Source of the DNA: Octopus sinensis
Taxonomy: Eukaryota
DNA: 7,135 nucleotides
Direction of reading: 5' to 3'
NCBI RefSeq assembly: GCF_006345805.1
Contig: NW_021828953.1
Span: forward strand, 1 to 7,135
Both the position numbers and the translations under genes were made by a program. The notes beneath the pieces are model-generated. The model was not told the origin of the DNA and did not search any database. It saw nothing but the letters and a program-made list of their open reading frames with translations. Position 1 is the first letter of the stretch, and the number at the start of each line of letters is the position of its first letter. Shown here in pieces: positions 6,060 through 7,135 of the stretch.

Positions 6060-6509
6060 TACAACAACAACCACAACAGCAGCAGCAGAGACAATAACAA
6101 CAACAACTGCAGCAGCAGCTACAGCAGAGACAGTGACAACAACAGTGATAACACCATAGAAACAACAAAAACAGCAATACCAACAGTGTGACCGTAACGA
6201 TGACAACGGCAGCAGCATCGGTAGTAGCTGCAGCAGCAACAACGACAACAGCATCATCACTAACTACAGCAGCAGCAGAAGAAGTACTAATAACAAGAAC
6301 AAGAAGAACCACAACAAGAATGCCAGCGACGACAGAGTTTATCAATAGTATGATAGACACGAAAAGAAGAAGAGCTGTGACAAAAATAACAACGACAACA
6401 ATAACAACAACAACAACAACATCATCAACAACAACAACAGCAACAGCAACAGTGACACCAACAACAACAGAAGTAGCAGCAACAACAACAACAGCACTAA
6501 CAGCAGTAT
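6060..6509. repeat. Long degenerate (ACA/GCA)n trinucleotide array
   Basis: Direct reading. It is the source of the poly-T/A, poly-C/V and poly-L ORFs. Confidence 0.9.
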
Positions 6510-6646
6510 AACGGTTTCAAATACTAGCGTGATCAGTTTTTCCATGTTCTTTATAACTGTTTGGAATGTCACAGATGGAACCGCTAATCAGTTTTATATC
6601 GGCGGCTTTGTTCCTCGTTGAATTTTGATTATGAGGACCGTCCCCC

Positions 6647-6730
6647 ACCACACACACACACACTTACACACACACACATACACACATACACACACACACA
6701 CACACAACACACACACACAGACACACACAC
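6647..6730. repeat. (CA)n microsatellite
   Basis: Direct reading. Confidence 0.95.
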
Positions 6731-6910
6731 AATCACTCTATTGGCTACCGCAAGCCAAGCAGCAAATCTCACCTCAACGAAATCCGTCGTTGAGTGACTG
6801 ACCCAAATAAAGTCTGCAAGCGAATTTACGAGGAATCGCCATATCCTCCTACTTCCCAGATCGGCAAATAAATTCCATTAGAGAAAATAGGGAGTAAATG
6901 AGATGGTACT

Positions 6911-6940
6911 ACAACAACAGAACAACAAAAACAACAACAG
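6911..6940. repeat. Short degenerate (AAC)n
   Basis: acaacaacagaacaacaaaaacaacaacag read directly. Confidence 0.7.
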
Positions 6941-7016
6941 AAAATGAAAAAAAAAACACAAATGAGCAGGGAGCCTATATTCGTGTTTCCGTTTCTTTTC
7001 TTTCCTTTAAAATTAT

Positions 7017-7135
7017 CTAGTAGTAGTGGTGGTGGTGGTGGTGGTGGTGGTAGTAGTAAAAGAATTTTTATTATCATTATTATTATTATTATTATTATTA
7101 TTTATTACTACTACTACTACTACTACTACTACTAG
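7017..7135. repeat. Compound trinucleotide microsatellite (TAG)(GGT)(TAG)(ATT)(ACT), running off the window end
   Basis: Direct reading. Confidence 0.92.

Noticed and set aside
5758-6360. 200-aa minus-strand ORF and overlapping 122-aa ORF
   Set aside because: Mostly antisense translation of the ACA/GCA array (poly-V/A/C/L). The unique C-terminal part resembles no family I recognise.
6562-6628. Possible small exon after ACAG (MEPLISFISAALFLVEF or DGTANQFYIGGFVPR)
   Set aside because: Both frames stop within about 55 nt, with no donor site and no recognisable homology.
1-7135. CRISPR array, rRNA or prokaryotic operon features
   Set aside because: There are no regularly spaced repeat-spacer units and no rRNA similarity. 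Composition and repeats are those of an animal genome.

Overview
This is eukaryotic, AT-rich, microsatellite-dense DNA with no convincing intact protein-coding gene; nearly all listed ORFs are translations of simple repeats. The interspersed repeats resemble those I recall from octopus (coleoid cephalopod) genomes, so the taxon is inferred from recall and not from a search. The window holds (1) six segments of a tRNA-headed SINE family in both orientations; (2) an 876-bp TA-flanked mariner-type structure made of two oppositely oriented 5' ends (about 75% identical arms by hand alignment) with a decayed N-terminal transposase and no catalytic domain; (3) a complete-looking 380-bp non-autonomous Helitron; and (4) a (TA)n-bounded Penelope-like terminal-repeat fragment carrying a minimal hammerhead ribozyme motif at 4246-4280, the most interesting element. 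It also shows several rearrangement scars: a perfect 31-bp inverted repeat, a templated duplication at a SINE end, and an inverted SINE chimera. There is a weak candidate promoter/first exon near 5650-5976.
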